From NCBI RefSeq assembly GCF_001194135.2, contig NC_069000.1, forward strand, positions 34,041,264 to 34,088,669: 47,406 bases of DNA. The letters are read 5' to 3'. Positions 36,961 through 47,406 of the stretch are shown one piece after another (position 1 is the first letter of the stretch; every line of letters starts with the position of its first letter). The stretch is from Octopus bimaculoides (taxonomy: Eukaryota). The notes below the pieces were generated by a model, which made no database searches, was not told the origin of the DNA, and worked only from the letters and a program-made list of their open reading frames with translations. Both the position numbers and the translations under genes were made by a program.

Positions 36961-39900
36961 TATCCTTACAAGTAAACAAATTTAAAAGATTGTCGAAAAT
37001 ATAAGTTTAGGCTTTAAAATGTGCTTCATTCCAAACGCTTGTCTGTTTCTTATAAATGTAACGTTAATAGCATCTTGTATGTTGGTTTTCTCGTAATGGG
37101 GAAAACTATTCGATGTAACTATAATGGTACCATACCCTGGACAAAGTATAGGCCAGCTAAACTATCAAGGTGGTGCAGCGCTTTCTAAGATAAATTTCTA
37201 GCTAATATTAAGTTTCTAGATGCTGCCAGAAAATTAGTGCACAGTTTAACTTTGGATTGGATCTATTGTAATCCTGTTTCAATATAAAACCATTTAAATA
37301 ATATACAAGTACTCACTAACACGGGAGTGGGCAGAAGTGGACATACGAGTTGCTTTAAAGGAATGGAATGTTCTTTTCATTATTTTCCTAAAAAGAACTT
37401 TCCACTCCTATTGAATTCTCTCGGTACGACTCGCAAAAACAAGTAGATAATGTTTTGTTGCAGATTTAAGGGGAGATAACTTGATTTAGTCTTAAACCAG
37501 TCACATGAATATACTTTTTTTCACAAAAAGTGCAGTGTTTTCCTTTCGATTTCACGAAATGAAATTTGAAAGTATTTCACAGCCAGGTAAATGTGTATTG
37601 ATAGGCTTAAAGTAGACATATTCAATAATTCATCAATAACTGCTACATGAATTATATTCTGTTTGCAAGTAGAATGTTGATCCTTTTGATGTCAAAGCTT
37701 GTGTAGCATTGAAACATTTTATAGAATCTAAACTAATCGACACATGTAGGCAATGCATTTCACTGGTGATGGGCTGAAGTATTTTTAGATTATCACGTAA
37801 GTCAAATGTTATATGATGCGACATATATCTATTGCATTAAAGTATTGAAATTTGTACACTATAAAAGATGTCGAATGCAGGCATGCTAATATATCTAATC
37901 CAAAGTTTGTGTATAGAGCTTTCTGGTTAGGTTGTCAATGAAGTGGCTAAGATAACTATCGTATTCTTGGATATGTTTTAGTATTGTTTTGAAGTTTAAC
38001 AAAATAGTTGAACAACAAAAGATCTTTTCCTTTTTAGGTCTGCTGTCCAATATTAGAAGCTTACAAGGCAATTTGCATACTTGTCCAAGACACTTGGGAC
38101 AACTGCAGTGGCAGGAATGTTGTGTTGGATGAGTGCTTCATGAAACATGGCTTTTGAATATTCAAAGGAAAGGGTTTCTGTAAATTTTAACAAGTTTCAT
38201 CACATTTTCTAAATGAAATGAGTTGTAATTTATTGAGCATCATAACCAAAACTGGAACTGGAAATAGACAAGGCAAACATGAATTTACATTTACAAAAAG
38301 ACAATCTCACATGAACTATTTTAACTGCATACAACAAAACAACTTTGTGGATGACATACAGCAGTAATGGTTATATAGTATGGAATATACAAATGTGCTG
38401 AAAGATTAGGGTGAAATCGAGCTTCATGGTTACGTGAATAGGGAAAAAAAAATAGGTTCTTATGAAACATCACATCTTTAAATAGTGAACCAAACAAAGT
38501 GAATGTCAATTTGATAAACTTGGAAGGCAAATATTCTCATCTTGCGATGTTCTCCAGAATGAAGTGTCTCATTTGAGATGAGTTGTTATTGCTGCAATAC
38601 AGATAGAAAGAATTTTGAAATGGATGACAGCAGAAAAAAGTCCTACAGTATGATGTATATTATCCTGAAACTCTCCAACAAATTCTTCAGGTATGATAGG
38701 TTAATTCACGGGTTGGAGAGATTGCTTTTTTTATTTTATTACAGATTTTTCTTTCATTGTATTGCAATAACAATTTCCAGAAGAAAATAGGATGAATATG
38801 TAATAAGATAAATTTATCATGGCTGCAAAATTAATTTTGATCTTGATAATAACTAAAAAAAAAACAAGTGTTAAATTTTGTTTCCAAATGATAGACCTTT
38901 CGTATGTAGAACTTCAGGTTCCATTGCCATTTAAAATGTTGGGGGTTTTTTCCCTCCTGTATTCTATTTAAAATATAATTACAAGTAATATAGAAGATAA
39001 ATTTAAAATTCTTTGACAAATTTGTTCCTAGGGAGGGGGTGAAAAGTTCTATATTGCTAGGTGGTTTCCACCTAGCATATTTTTTTTCATTTACAGATAC
39101 TGTTATAATTGATGAAATGAATATTCTGTAATTGACGACAATTTTCATCAGCCCTTAAAATATTTGAATAGGATGAGGTAATATTTGTGCAAGCATCTCT
39201 GTTAGAATGCAGAGAAAACAGTGTCACCCACTCATTCTGATTTGGGAAGGGAAGAACAAAATGTCTTCAGGTATGTGAGAGCACTTGGCATTAATTGTTG
39301 TAAAGGAGAAAATAGGAAAGAAAATTGCAATGTAGCACTGAAAAGTTGCAGCACCAGATGTTTTTCCTTCCCTTTCAGGTATTTGGTATTTTCTTTTAAA
39401 AGGTGATGACAACACTAATAGTGAATATACATGCATCATTGATAGTTTGCAGCAGGTTAGGAGCAAATGTATCAAAGAATATGATTGCAAGGTAAAAGGA
39501 AATTTTTTATATATATTTACAAGATCCAAGTCATCTCTAACAGTTATTGACGATAACAGAAAATGCATCATTTATGATATTAACTACACTGGAAAAAAAA
39601 TTTAATATATAGTAGGCAAATGAACAACTACAGAAATTTTTTTAATCTTTTATGGTTTTGTACAGTGCAATATCTGTTTGGAATCAGAAGCATGACTTCT
39701 GCAATTTCAAATATATTGTCCAGTTGGAATTTTGTATTAAGTGGAGACTTGTGAAATAGAGGGTTTGGTATGAGTATAAGATCAACTTGGTATATGAACA
39801 TGTGGAATATGGTTCTTTTATTTTCAGGTACATAAACACATCTATACATGACACAGCATCTACAAATGATCTAATATGGCGTTAACTCCTATTCAGATGA

Positions 39901-40361
39901 ATCTTCATGATTCACTACAGTTAGCTGACATGACAGACCAAAAAGAAACTGTTCCTGTTTTGCAGTAACATCTTTACAGAAATTTGCATAATTGAGTATT
40001 TTATTATCTTGGTTGTAAAACAATGTCTTAACACATTAGAAAACTTGAGCATATTCTGAGAGAATCTTTAATGAATTGACAGCTTGAAATGTACAAAAGA
40101 ATCATCTTTAAAAACCTGGTGATAGAGGGCCATGATTAATATATGTGAAATTAACACTTAAAATCTGTGATTTATGGTTGGTATCACTACTATATGTTTC
40201 ACTTGTAGCTTCCTAATCTAACGATTACTATGAGCTGTGATCAACTAACACCTTCAAGCAACAGGTGGAGGTGTAATCTTTCATTTTCAGGTATATTGAG
40301 TGGCAAATTCATTTTCACTGTTTAAAACGAGTTTTTTTGTAAGCGTTGTGATTGCATATGA

Positions 40362-40482
40362 ACTGCATTTTTTTTTTAAACCTTAGATTATCTAAGGAAA
40401 CTGCTGCATTTTTTTTTAAACCTTAGATTATCTAAGGAAACTGCTGCATTTTTTTTTAACCTTAGATTATCTAAGGAAACTA
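40362..40482. repeat. Three tandem copies of a 39-40 bp unit with an internal palindrome
   Basis: Unit ctgctgca(t)n aaa CCTTAGAT-T-ATCTAAGG aaa; palindromes start at 40381, 40421 and 40460. Confidence 0.95.
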
Positions 40483-41589
40483 CATTCGTGGATAAGAACT
40501 TCTCTGTTAATGAATACCTATTACAAAAATTACAGCATGATTTACGAAATAAAGGAATGGGTGTAACAGTATCAGCATTATGATGCACCTGCTCTGAGAT
40601 AAGATATTGACTGATTAATGGTGACTAGAGGTGAAAAGTGGAGGTTTATTTTGGTTCATTTTCAGGTTTGTTGCTGATCAATCACTGATATCTACATGAA
40701 ATAAGAATAAGACTTCTGGTGAAAACTAATAGCATCTAACGGTAGCTGATAAAGGTCTGACTGACGTTTAATACCAACTATATGATGGACTTCCCTTAAG
40801 GTATCTCCAGTTATGGTTTAAGTTTCCTTTACAGGTTCTTGTAGTATGACTCACTTTTGAAAATCAGTTGGTAATGTTAACAAGATGAATTGTACATGAG
40901 GTTGTTTCAAGCATCTGACTCCGCTTGTATTTGCTGATTTATCACATGGAAAGAATAGGTACTATCTTTTTTTCCTCAGGTTTTCTTTTAGATATTTTGT
41001 GGTGTGGGAATTTATTTGGCACCAGGTGTTTACTGTATGGTTCAGAAACAATGATTGTCAGTTGTCAATGTATACATCAGGGGAGGAAATGAAACTGCAT
41101 CTACTGATTGTGAAAAGGAGAATGGGATCTATGGTGAGAACTGGGGGACAAAAAGTGAAAACTAGTGACAGGTGGAACGTTTAGAAGCTGGTGAAAACTG
41201 ACAGCATCCACTGAAGGCTAACAGTTCTTACGGGATATGTCTAATTTCTTTCCAATGTGATGATGGATATGCCCTGAGAGACAACAGCAAGAGGAGGCTC
41301 TTGGACATTGCTGGTTTGGTGGAAAAGGTGAGTTTTTTGTTTTTTTTTTTCAGATGTCCTATGATGGTTTAGAAACTTGTGCATCTAGTCAGCTGTTTCT
41401 CTGCTGCATTATGTAGTAACATTGATTGTTGGCTGTTAATGTCTATACTTGTGAGTGGGAAAATGAATTCACAACCAACTGATGGAACATTTGTGACAAT
41501 ATGGTGGAATCCCCTTGATAACTGGATATACAATGGAAGCTGGTACTACCTAATGAGTCAGACAAGAAACTGGTGTTACATCTGGCAAA

Positions 41590-42905
41590 TGATGGAACTT
41601 CAGACTGGTGGCAACTGCGATGGAACATCATCAGACTGGTGGCAACTGCGATGGAACATCTTCAGACTGGTGGAGACTGATGGAACATCTCATGGAGACT
41701 GCGATGGAACATCTTCAGACTGGTGGTGACTGCGCTGGAACTTCTTCAGACTGGTGGAGACTGATGGAACATCTCATGGAGACTGTGATTGAACATCTTC
41801 AGACTAGTGGAGACTGCGATGGAACTTCTTCAGACTGGTGTCGACTGATGAAACATCTCATGGAGACTGCGATGGAACATCTTCAGACTGGTGGCGGCTG
41901 ATGGAACATCTCATGGAGACTGTGATGGAACATCTTCAGACTGGTGGAGACTGATGGAACATCTTCAGACTGGTGGCGACTGCAATGGAACATCTTCTGA
42001 CTGGTGGCAACTGCGATGGAACATCTTCAGACTGGTGGAGACTGCGATGGAACATCTTCAGACTGGTGGAGACTGATGGAACATCTCATGGAGACTGCGA
42101 TGGAACATCTTCAGACTGGTGGTGACTGCGCTGGAACTTCTTCAGACTGGTGGAGACTGATGGAACATCTCATGGAGACTGTGATTGAACATCTTCAGAN
42201 NNNNNNNNNNNNNNNNNNNNNNNNNNNNNNNNNNNNNNNNNNNNNNNNNNNNNNNNNNNNNNNNNNNNNNNNNNNNNNNNNNNNNNNNNNNNNNNNNNNN
42301 NNNNNNNNNNNNNNNNNNNNNNNNNNNNNNNNNNNNNNNNNNNNNNNNNNNNNNNNNNNNNNNNNNNNNNNNNNNNNNNNNNNNNNNNNNNNNNNNNNNN
42401 NNNNNNNNNNNNNNNNNNNNNNNNNNNNNNNNNNNNNNNNNNNNNNNNNNNNNNNNNNNNNNNNNNNNNNNNNNNNNNNNNNNNNNNNNNNNNNNNNNNN
42501 NNNNNNNNNNNNNNNNNNNNNNNNNNNNNNNNNNNNNNNNNNNNNNNNNNNNNNNNNNNNNNNNNNNNNNNNNNNNNNNNNNNNNNNNNNNNNNNNNNNN
42601 NNNNNNNNNNNNNNNNNNNNNNNNNNNNNNNNNNNNNNNNNNNNNNNNNNNNNNNNNNNNNNNNNNNNNNNNNNNNNNNNNGACTGGTGGCGACTGATGG
42701 AACATCTCATGGAGACTGCGATGGAACATATTCAGACTGGTGGCGACTGCGATGGAGCATCTTCAGACTGGTGGCGACTGCGATGGAGCATCTTCAGACT
42801 GGTGGCGACTGCAATGGAGCATCTTCAGACTGGTGGCGACTGCGATGGAGCATCTTCAGACTGGTGGCGACTGCGATGGAACATCTTCAGACTGGTGGCA
42901 ACTGA
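41590..42905 (+). repeat. 31-bp minisatellite with 53-bp and 28-bp variants, spanning a gap
   Basis: Unit GACTGGTGGCAACTGCGATGGAACATCTTCA; N gap at 42200-42680. Confidence 0.95.
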
Positions 42906-45641
42906 TACAATGTTTATGACAGCTGATTACAATTCTTGCATTAGGGAAGCTGCTAACAAAAGAATTTCCACATACAACTGAAATGATTCATACATGTTGA
43001 TTTTTGGAACTGGGAAAAATAAGGTGAGTTTTTCTTTTCAGATATTTTCTTTTGCAGATGAGGATTGTAGAATCTCCTTGATAATTGTCTAGTGGATATA
43101 GTATGGAAGCTGATGACTTCTAATAGAACATAGTCTACTGGAAATTGGCAAAAAGGGAACATGTAAAAGAGATTAGTAGCAATTGTGTTGGGATGCAACT
43201 AATTATTAAAGTTATGGTGGACCTGCCTTTGGACTACTGCAAATGTTGACTTTGGAAGAAAGAAGTGGAAGGAAGTACCTTGATGATGTTTACTATGAAA
43301 CTTGATGGTTGGTGATGATTGGAACATTTGAGGCAACTTTGTATATTGCAGACGGTGGCTCATTGCTGATTTGTGAGAGAAGAGGTGAGTTTCTCTTTTG
43401 TGTGGTTTTCTTTTGCAGAAAAGTATGACATCTATAATTGACAACTATCTGGAGACAGCTGTATGATGGAAGATTTGTGACATTGGTGGTGACTGATGCA
43501 ATCTTCATGAAGAAAATTGTCTGATGGATATGCAGTAAAATATGGTGCTTACTAATAGAACATTTATTTACTGGAAATTGGTAGAAGGCTGTTGGCAATT
43601 TTCATGGAATGCAAATTAAGAATACTACGAAAGTTATGTTGGACGTGCATTTAAATGTCTGTTAACAGAACTGGTGACTTGGCAAGGAAAAAGTGCTTTC
43701 ATTTCCTAGATTTTTGGGCTTTTTTCATCCGTAGTACATTACGGTGAGACAAGAAACTGGAGACAACATTCATAGAACATCAAATGGAGACTGGTGGCAG
43801 TTGTGATGGAACATCTGATGGAGACTAGTGGCAACTGTGATGGAATATGTTAGACTGGTTGCAGCTTCGATTCAACATAGAGACAGGTGGCTGCTGTGAT
43901 AGAACATCTGGTAGTTGTGATGGGACATCTGGAAGTGTTTGGCAACTGTTGTGGACACTGGTTGCAATGGTGATAGAACAACTAATGGCAACTGAAAAAC
44001 CACCTGAAGACTGGCTTTTTTTTTTCTCCATAAAATTTTCTTTTGCAGATAAGGATGACATCAAATGTTGACAGGACTGGTAACTTAGGAGGAAAGAGGT
44101 GGCTCATTTTGTTTCATTTTCAGGCTTTTTAATATCTAATGAAACGGACAAGAAACTGGCATCTGTGATGGAATGCCTGATGGAGACTGGCATTGGTGAT
44201 GGGGCATCTGCAAATTGACGGCAAAGAAGATGGTGGCAACTGCAGTGGAACATCTGACGGAGACTGGTGGCAAGTGTGATACAACATATGACAAAGACTA
44301 GTGGCAAACGTGATGGAACATATATAATGATGGCTGAAGACTGATGACAACTGTAATTGAACTGGAGACTGATAGCAACTTTGGCAACTGTGATGGAGCA
44401 TATTATGAAAACTGGTAACTAGCATAGAACATCTGATGGAGGCTGGGGTAACTGCTCTGAAATATCTAATGAAAGCTGCTTACAAAAGAACCTCAACATA
44501 GTGATGTCTAATGTGAAACCTGATGGTTGGTGATATGTGAAATTCTGAGATGACTTTATATGTTGAAGAGACTGGTTCATCATTGCCGAATTGTGAGACT
44601 GAAAGGGGTAAGGTTTTTTCTTCTCTAGTATTTTCTTTTCTGCACATGAGGATGACATCTGTAATTAACAACCAGCTGGTGAGAATGGAATATTTGTGAT
44701 AAATTGATGGTAACTGCATGATAGAATCTTGAGGATACTTGTCTGGTGGGATGTATTGTATAAGCTGATGTCTGGCAAATAGAACAAATCTACTACTGCA
44801 AATTGGCAAAAAGGAGACAGACCATGTATTGAAGGTTGGTGACTGATTATTATCGAAGTTATTGTGGACATGCGTTTGAATGTCAACATTGGTGACTTTG
44901 GAGGGAAGTGGTGTTTCGTTTTGTTTCATTTTCAGGATTTTTGGTATCTTGAGTCAGACAAACTTGTGACAACTTTGGAGCTTCTAATGGAGACTGGCAT
45001 CTGTAGTGGACACTTGTGGCAACTGTGATATGAACAACTATGAAAGATCTAATGGAAAATAGTAGAAACTGTGAAACGTCTAGTGACAGCTGTAATGGAA
45101 CGTGCAAATGGTGATGTTGCCAAGCTCATGATAGAAGTGGAGATGCATTGTGCTTGAATTTCAGGCTTATTCTCATTTGTCCAGTATTTGGTGGTTGACG
45201 CATGATGGTAACACAAGAAAAATTCCTATTACCTCAATGATGTTCACTGTGTAATTTGATGGCTGATGATGATTTGAACGTCTTAGGCAACTTTGTATAT
45301 TGCAGAGACTGAACAGGTGAGTTTTTGTTTTCTGAGGTTTTCTTTTGCAGAGAAGGATGACCTCTGTAATTGACAACTAACTGGAGACAGCTGTAACCTA
45401 GATTTGTGATGTTGGTGGTGACACTTTGGTGGAATCTTCATAAGGAGAATTGACTGGTGGGTAATGCTGTAGAAGGTGGTGCCTACTAATAGAACATTCA
45501 TTTACTGGAATTTGGTAGAAATGGCTGTTGGCGATTTTCATGGAATGCAAGATAAGATTACTACCAGAACTGGTGACTTGGGTAGAAAGAAGTGGTTCAC
45601 TTTCATGTTTGTGATTGGTGAGACAAACTGGACACATCTTC

Positions 45642-46630
45642 GATGGAACATCTGATGGAGACTGGTAGCAATTGTGATGGAACATCTGATAGTGACTGGT
45701 GGCAACTGTGACGGAACATCTGATGGTGACTGGTGGCAACTGTGACGGAACATCTGATGGTGACTGGTGGCAACTGTGACGGAACATCTGATGGTGACTG
45801 GTGGCAACTGTGACGGAACANNNNNNNNNNNNNNNNNNNNNNNNNNNNNNNNNNNNNNNNNNNNNNNNNNNNNNNNNNNNNNNNNNNNNNNNNNNNNNNN
45901 NNNNNNNNNNNNNNNNNNNNNNNNNNNNNNNNNNNNNNNNNNNNNNNNNNNNNNNNNNNNNNNNNNNNNNNNNNNNNNNNNNNNNNNNNNNNNNNNNNNN
46001 NNNNNNNNNNNNNNNNNNNNNNNNNNNNNNNNNNNNNNNNNNNNNNNNNNNNNNNNNNNNNNNNNNNNNNNNNNNNNNNNNNNNNNNNNNNNNNNNNNNN
46101 NNNNNNNNNNNNNNNNNNNNNNNNNNNNNNNNNNNNNNNNNNNNNNNNNNNNNNNNNNNNNNNNNNNNNNNNNNNNNNNNNNNNNNNNNNNNNNNNNNNN
46201 NNNNNNNNNNNNNNNNNNNNNNNNNNNNNNTGACGGAACATCTGATGGTGACTGGTGGCAACTGTGACGGAACATCTGATGGTGACTGGTGGCAACTGTG
46301 ACGGAACATCTGATGGTGACTGGTGGCAACTGTCACGGAACATCTGATGGTGACTGGTGGCAACTGTCACGGAACATCTGATGGTGACTGGTAGGAACTG
46401 TCACGGAACATCTGATATTGATTGGTAGCAACTGATGGAAAATTTGATGGTGACTGGTGGGCAACTGTGACGGAACATCTGATGGTGACTGGTAGGAACT
46501 GTCATGGAACATCTGATATTGATTGGTAGCAACTGATGGAAAATTTGATGGTGACTGGTGGCCACTGTGATGGAACATTCGATAGTCTGCTGGAAACTGT
46601 AATAGAATCTTCTGATGGAGACTGGTGTCA
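45642..46630 (+). repeat. 34-bp minisatellite spanning a gap
   Basis: Unit GACTGGTGGCAACTGTGACGGAACATCTGATGGT, near-perfect on both sides of gap 45821-46230 and degenerating after about 46400. Confidence 0.95.
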
Positions 46631-47406
46631 GCCATGGTGTAATGTCTGGAGATGGGTACCAACCGTGATATAACTTCTGAAGACTTATCGCTTTCTCTTC
46701 TCAAGTATTTTTGTTTGCAAATGAGGATGACATCAAGTGTTGACAGGACCAATAACTTAGGAGGAAAGAGGTCGCTCATTTTACTTCATTTTCAGGCTTT
46801 TCAATATCTAATGAATCAGACAAGAAGCTGGTGGTATCTGTGAAGAAGACTGATGGCTGCTGTGACGGAGCATCTGCAAATTGATGGCAACTGTGATGGA
46901 ACATCAGATTATAAATGGTAACTGGAGGAGCAGATATCGGCAATTGCAGTGGAAATGGTGAGGAACCGTCTGACGGACACTTGCAACTGTGGAAAAGGAA
47001 TGACAAGACTGGTGACAAATGTGGCAGAAATACTAATGGATTCTGGTGACAAGTCTGAATGCCTAATGAGAGCTGCTTAGAAAAGAATCACTGTATAAGC
47101 TTAGTGGTGTCTACCATGAGACATGATGATCTGGACTTCTGGAACAGCTTCATCTATCGAAGAGACTGACTCATCATCACCAATTAGTGAGATTGAAAGA
47201 AGAGGTGAGTTTTGCTTTTGAGATATTTTCTGTTGCAGATGAGGATCACATCTGCAGACAACCAACTTGTGATAACTATGTGATAGAAGATTCATGATGA
47301 ATTGGAGGAAGCTAGTGCTGACCAGTAGAATATCTTATGAAATCTGTTTGCACTTGTGATGGAATGCAACTAATTGTTACCAAAGTTATTACTGTCCTGA
47401 CGTGAT

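Larger units (their letters stand above)
40620..47406 (+). repeat. Hierarchical degenerate macro-array with recurring splice-like motifs; runs off the window
   Basis: Recurring blocks ttttgcagatgaggatgacatc, ctaatagaaca...tactggaaattgg, ttcattttcagg...atatctaatgaa..gacaagaaactgg and aggcaactttgtatattgcaga occur at several positions; left boundary approximate. Confidence 0.85.

Noticed and set aside
37364-37371. TGGAATGT matching the miR-1 5' end
   Set aside because: Only 8 nt match, the rest differs from miR-1, and it lies on the 5' arm.
38065-38177. Possible minus-strand exon ttacag|AAACCC...TGCCTT|gtaagc encoding TLSFEYSKAMFHEALIQHNIPATAVVPSVLDKYANCL
   Set aside because: No recognisable homology, no compatible neighbouring exon found, and antisense to the inferred transcription direction; a tblastn hit would revive it.
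45398-46370. Long minus-strand ORFs of repeating PPVTIRCSVTVATSHHQMFRHSCHQSPSDVPSQL
   Set aside because: The 34-bp unit simply lacks TAA/TAG/TGA on that strand, which is not rare for so short a unit; about half of each ORF is N, and splice signals and skew point to the plus strand.
41590-46630. CRISPR-like appearance of the regular 31-40 bp repeats
   Set aside because: Units are directly tandem with no unique spacers, there are no cas genes, and the context is a eukaryotic intron-rich genome.
45642-46630. TGATGG...CTGA in the repeat unit as kink-turn (C/D) motifs
   Set aside because: Box C is not canonical (TGATGG or TGACGG rather than TGATGA) and the CTGA is absent from the 31-bp variant.

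Overview
AT-rich eukaryotic genomic DNA with seven N gaps, most likely from an octopus (coleoid cephalopod), judged from the tRNA-derived SINE families and dense (TA)n/(AG)n microsatellites. Left part (1 to about 31.8 kb): a minus-strand USP32 ortholog. Four coding exons (equivalent to human exons 2-5, N-terminal EF-hand region) translate in frame with canonical GT-AG splice sites. The gene continues off the left edge, and its canonical first coding exon was not found; it may lie in an N gap. Its introns hold SINEs, two RTE LINE ends, two mariner remnants, a pogo/Tigger remnant, a Penelope-like GIY-YIG fragment split by a clean inversion, a Helitron-type 3' end, a young MITE and a telomere-repeat palindrome. 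Around 31.85 kb there is a promoter-like motif cluster (YY1, TGACGTGG, CACGTG) inside a CpG-richer zone, where strand skew appears to flip. Right part (32-47.4 kb): no protein-coding exon recognised and no SINEs or (TA)n tracts seen, but many plus-strand splice signals. It contains three adjacent foldback elements (two Merlin-like MITEs with 8-bp TSDs) and a hierarchical array of at least 6 kb: 31/34-bp minisatellites inside 0.35-1.4 kb sub-units inside roughly 2 kb higher-order repeats. Most sub-units open with a GTGAGT...TTGCAG micro-intron-like motif, exactly 34 nt in four copies. The best candidate for something undescribed is a repeat-built, spliced non-coding RNA transcribed divergently from USP32; this is inference and needs RNA data. 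All alignments and comparisons were done by eye, and human protein and exon comparisons are from memory.
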